NCBI GenBank assembly: GCA_963661535.1
Contig: CAVLCC010000004.1
Span: 1 to 58,693, forward strand
Source: Senegalimassilia sp.
GTDB lineage: Bacteria; Actinomycetota; Coriobacteriia; Coriobacteriales; CADBOM01
Length of the DNA: 58,693 nucleotides
Direction of reading: 5' to 3'
Positions 55,385 through 58,693 of this stretch are shown here, piece after piece (within the stretch, counting starts at the first letter, position 1; every line of letters begins with the position of its first letter). The notes beneath the pieces were generated by a model that was not told the origin of the DNA, searched no databases, and saw only the letters and a list, made by a program, of their open reading frames with translations. The position numbers were made by a program, and so were the translations under genes.

Positions 55385-56035
55385 TTATGGAACTAGCGGA
55401 CGATTGTTAATGTATGCATCCCACACATTTATCCGGTCTTCATTATCAATTGTGCGAATAACTTTGGCCGGAACACCGGCAACCAAGCTGTTTGGGGGTA
55501 CGTCTTTTATCACAACAGCACCTGCAGCTACAACGCTGTTTTTGCCCACGGCAACTCCTCCACAAATTGTTGCACTAGAACATATCCAGCAGCCATCTTC
55601 TATATTTATTGGCAATCCAAATTCGAGGATATGAAATCCATCTGGATAGTTAGCACACAGGCGCTCCTTAGCAACCATAGGATGCGACGGCGTAGCAAAA
55701 GTAACATTAGAGCCTATGAACACTTCGTTCCCTAACGCAATTGGCGCAACATCTAAAAAAGTGCAGCAATAATTTATGAAGCAATTTTGACCAACAGAAA
55801 TGTTTACGCCATATTCACAATAAAATGGAGCGCAAACTTGCAAGTTATTATTTTGCGATGATGGTATAAGCTTTTCTAGAGCACGAGCCTTTGTCTTAGT
55901 GCGACGCAGAGATATTTTGTTAAATCGTTCGCAGCGATTCATCCCAATTTTATGTAGGCGTTGAATGTATGGATCTTGGGGATTGTATAGCTTGCCGGTT
56001 ATCATGCGGTTCCACTCGTTGGTGTTTGGCTGCAT
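55385..56035 (-). CDS. Sugar O-acetyltransferase (maltose/galactoside acetyltransferase family, left-handed beta-helix)
   Basis: N-terminal Mac-type segment MITGKLYNPQDPYIQRLH...CERFN, then hexapeptide repeats (IGSNVTF, ICSSATICGGVAVGKNSVVAAGAVV). Confidence 0.85.
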   Translation of the reverse strand: MQPNTNEWNRMITGKLYNPQDPYIQRLHKIGMNRCERFNKISLRRTKTKARALEKLIPSSQNNNLQVCAPFYCEYGVNISVGQNCFINYCCTFLDVAPIALGNEVFIGSNVTFATPSHPMVAKERLCANYPDGFHILEFGLPINIEDGCWICSSATICGGVAVGKNSVVAAGAVVIKDVPPNSLVAGVPAKVIRTIDNEDRINVWDAYINNRPLVP

Positions 56036-56088
56036 AGACTGTCCTTTCGTTTGTGTATGCAGTTCTAATTATAGAACAATGTGCGATA

Positions 56089-56164
56089 CGCAACTAGGAA
56101 TTAGCATCTTGCAACGCGCCTCCTAACTAGCAATGTTCAATCCGCAACTAGGAGCTAGCACCTT
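56089..56164. repeat. Two 22-bp direct repeats (19/22 identical) in the divergent acetyltransferase/MFS promoter region
   Basis: cgcaactaggaattagcatctt (56089-56110) and cgcaactaggagctagcacctt (56143-56164), with a partial aactagca copy between them. Confidence 0.6.
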
Positions 56165-56392
56165 ATAATTAGCTTCTCACACTCCATAGTCCCATACTTC
56201 ACAACTATCAATATGCAATTAGCCGACTCATAACAACCATTTCGGAACCTTTTGCTAGGAATTTTCTTATTTTTTTACGTTATAATGCAAAGCCCATAAC
56301 AAAGACACCAAGTCGTCTCGTATATAAATCTACTTTCGTTTCTGAGTGTCTTTAGTATAAATTCTAAAACTTATATTTGAAGGAGCGAAATT

Positions 56393-58246
56393 ATGAGCAA
56401 GAAGGCACCCATTGCCTTATTGGTAATTCTTTACGCAAGCGCATTTTTGGCTGGCTTTAACGAAAACCTCGTTAACATGGCCTTGATGTCAATTATGTCG
56501 GACTTTAAGATTGATTCGATTACGGTTCAATGGCTCGTAACAGGCTATATGATTGTAGCAACAGTTGTTGTTATGTGTATGGCTTTTCTCTATCAGAGAT
56601 TTAGTCTGCGAAAACTTTATTTCTCTGGAGCACTTTTTAGTATCGTTGGATCCGCTATAGGTCTTTTTGCGCCTACATTTGAAATTTTGATGATAGCTAG
56701 GCTCATTCAAGCCTTAGGAACTGGAATTTTTATCCCACTAATGATGAACACAATTTTGGTTGTAACGCCTAAGAATAAGCTGGGACAATTCCTCTCAATA
56801 GGCGGGTGCATGATTACGTTTGGACCTGCATTTGCGCCTGTGGTTTGCGGCGGAATTGTGTCGAGTTTTGGCTGGCATGCAATCTTTTTCTTGCCAACTT
56901 TGATTATGTTTATCCTTGCAGTTGTGGCAATTTTTGCAGTTAAAAATCTCTCAACAACTCAAGCCAAACTAGATGTTTTATCTGTGCTTTTAGCGGCACT
57001 TTTCTTATTTACCCTAAGCTATGGACTTTCACAATTTATGATAGACATGCTAACTGGAGTGATATCGCTTGTTTGCTGCGCCGTTATTTGCGTCTTATTT
57101 GTTCTAAGGCAGCTTAAGTGCAAAAATCCACTTATCAATCTATCACCTATGAAGTCAATTCGTTTTTGGCCCTCAATTTTGCTAAATACTTTGGCTATGA
57201 TGGGAACATTTTCGTGCAGCGTTCTTTTGCCGCTTTATTTTGAGGGTGCATGCGGACTAACCCCCTTTATAGCTGGTCTAGTTTTGCTAATACCTGTTTT
57301 GTGCAACTGCGCAGTAACCCTTGTTGCAGGCAAGTTATTTGACAAATTTGGAGAGTGGCCACTGCTTCCAATTGGGTTTGGAGTTGTTGCTGTTGGTTTT
57401 GTGATGCTTGCGCTAACGTCTTCAAGCTTGGAGCTGGCTTTAGTGTTTGTTGCGGCAATTGCAGTTTATGCAGGCACGGGTTCTATTTTCTCGCCATCGC
57501 AAACTGCAGGCTTAAAAACTCTTACCCCCGAAGAAAACCCACATGGAGTTGCGCTTTCAACAACGTTTGTGCAAATTGCAGCTTGCATTGGCCCCTCGCT
57601 TTATACAGGACTTTTAACTTTTGGACAAAGCACCTCTGCCTCGGCTTCTACAAACGAGGCTCTAGCTTTGGCTGATGGATTTTCTCTAGCAATGACAGTT
57701 GCAAGTGCTCTTGCAATTCTTGCTGTTATAGTTGCATTTATATATGCTCGAGCTGCTAAGAAACCTGTTGTGGCCGATAGCAAGCCTGCTGCGCTTTCGG
57801 TTGTGTCTTTGATGCAAGAAACCCCTTGGGTAGTAGAAGAAGATGCTCCCGTTAAAGAAGTAATGCAAAAAATGGTTGATAAAAAAGTTGGCGGAATTCC
57901 AGTTGTTGACCATAACATGCACGTAACTGGGTTTATCTCAGATGGCGACATAATGCGTTACATCGGAAAGACAACCAGTGCGGTTTCTTCAAAATATGCA
58001 CTTATAGAATTTGCAAGAAACCAGACTATAGACCAAAAAGTTGCAGAGCTTCTAACACAAGATGCAGCAACAATTGCAACCGATAAGGTCATTTGTCTAA
58101 ATGTTGATCAATCTGTTGAAGAAGCCTTAGATCTGCTTTCTTCTCATAAGATTAAAAAGCTACCTGTTCTAGAAGATGGCAAGATTATTGGAACGCTCAA
58201 TCGAAGCGACATCTTGCGCTACATCATGCAAAGCAGCTTGGGCTAG
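56393..58246 (+). CDS. MFS transporter (14-TMS DHA2/EmrB-like) fused to a C-terminal CBS-domain pair
   Basis: AAGGAG SD. About 14 hydrophobic helices up to about aa 455. Then two CBS-like units (VSLMQETPWVVEEDAPVKEVMQKMVDKKVGGIPVVD...GFISDGDIMRYI; VICLNVDQSVEEALDLLSSHKIKKLPVLEDGKIIGTLNRSDILRYI). Confidence 0.85.
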   Translation: MSKKAPIALLVILYASAFLAGFNENLVNMALMSIMSDFKIDSITVQWLVTGYMIVATVVVMCMAFLYQRFSLRKLYFSGALFSIVGSAIGLFAPTFEILMIARLIQALGTGIFIPLMMNTILVVTPKNKLGQFLSIGGCMITFGPAFAPVVCGGIVSSFGWHAIFFLPTLIMFILAVVAIFAVKNLSTTQAKLDVLSVLLAALFLFTLSYGLSQFMIDMLTGVISLVCCAVICVLFVLRQLKCKNPLINLSPMKSIRFWPSILLNTLAMMGTFSCSVLLPLYFEGACGLTPFIAGLVLLIPVLCNCAVTLVAGKLFDKFGEWPLLPIGFGVVAVGFVMLALTSSSLELALVFVAAIAVYAGTGSIFSPSQTAGLKTLTPEENPHGVALSTTFVQIAACIGPSLYTGLLTFGQSTSASASTNEALALADGFSLAMTVASALAILAVIVAFIYARAAKKPVVADSKPAALSVVSLMQETPWVVEEDAPVKEVMQKMVDKKVGGIPVVDHNMHVTGFISDGDIMRYIGKTTSAVSSKYALIEFARNQTIDQKVAELLTQDAATIATDKVICLNVDQSVEEALDLLSSHKIKKLPVLEDGKIIGTLNRSDILRYIMQSSLG

Positions 58247-58408
58247 GGAGCTGCTTGGGGCTTGCTCGGGATGTTGTCTTTTTTTGTAACGCTGCATGTA
58301 GTGTGACGCAATAGGGCGTAAACTTGATACAAGCCTGATGTGAACGCGCTTGGCTATGCCACTTTAGAAGTTCACCTTGACTTTATGTTTCATATTTTGT
58401 TGTTGCTT

Positions 58409-58443
58409 ACACCGCGCTTGATTTCGAGCGCGGTGTATTTTTG
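58409..58443 (+). terminator. Rho-independent terminator downstream of the MFS-CBS gene
   Basis: 10-bp stem acaccgcgct / agcgcggtgt with an 8-nt loop, followed by atttttg. Confidence 0.7.
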
Positions 58444-58450
58444 TGCGGTG

Positions 58451-58693
58451 CGCACTTACACGCACTTACACGCACTTACACGCACTTACACGCACTTACA
58501 CGCACCGCACGCACCGCACGCACCGCACGCACTTACACGCACTGCACGCACTTACACGCACTTACACGCACCGCACGCACTTACACGCACCGCACGCACC
58601 GCACGCACCGCACGCACCGCACGCACTTACACGCACCGCACGCACTTACACGCACCGCACGCACTTACACGCACCGCACGCACCGCACGCACC
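58451..58693. repeat. Interleaved tandem array of a 10-bp unit (CGCACTTACA) and a 9-bp unit (CGCACCGCA), truncated by the window end
   Basis: Parsed unit by unit: A5 B3 A B* A2 B A B4 A B A B A B2 plus a partial unit. That gives 12 A, 12 B and one hybrid B* (cgcactgca). 12x10 + 13x9 + 6 = 243 bp, exactly filling 58451-58693. Confidence 0.95.

Noticed and set aside
58451-58693. Possible CRISPR array at the 3' end
   Set aside because: The units are 9-10 bp and directly abut each other with no unique spacers. No cas genes and no leader are present. It is a micro/minisatellite, not a CRISPR.

Overview
This 58.7-kb chromosomal window is moderately AT-rich and comes from a Gram-positive bacterium. 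Supporting signs are a sortase-type VPKTG-anchored surface protein, a WXG100-like protein, and an L27 that starts directly at MAHKKG with no Prp-cleaved propeptide. My guess is a low-GC actinobacterium of the Coriobacteriia/Atopobiaceae kind, which cannot be verified here. I count about 45 credible protein genes and 4 tRNAs. The backbone is housekeeping: single-chain FGAM synthase purL, xth, the rplU-rpmA-obg-proB-proA-nadD block, nrdD-nrdG behind NrdR-box-like palindromes, hisS-aspS, comEA-comEC-holA, purB, putP and rmuC. Nickel-pincer cofactor genes are split into larE (5.4 kb) and larC-larB (24.6-26.6 kb), with no larA in view. The accessory pieces most worth a second look are: (i) a purB-to-acetyltransferase islet (50.8-55.3 kb) with a truncated and an intact AAA/DUF4143-type ATPase gene separated by three 33-bp-phased 18-bp repeats, convergent with an AT-rich single-polypeptide DUF262+DUF1524 (GmrSD-like) nuclease that carries an extra C-terminal domain; (ii) a HAD-IB hydrolase coupled to a 491-aa AAA-fold protein whose Walker A and Walker B motifs are both degenerate; (iii) a leaderless-looking two-gene cassette of unknown function between xth and rplU; (iv) an HTH-Fic gene (class II, auto-inhibited) beside a tRNA-Ser pair; (v) a TPR / WXG100-like / membrane-protein trio with no visible T7SS machinery; (vi) an MFS(14-TMS)-CBS fusion transporter; (vii) many short intergenic tandem repeats, ending in a 243-bp interleaved 10-bp/9-bp array that runs off the 3' end of the window. 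I saw no CRISPR array, rRNA, transposase, integrase or prophage genes. All functional calls come from reading motifs in the translated ORFs; no database search was possible.
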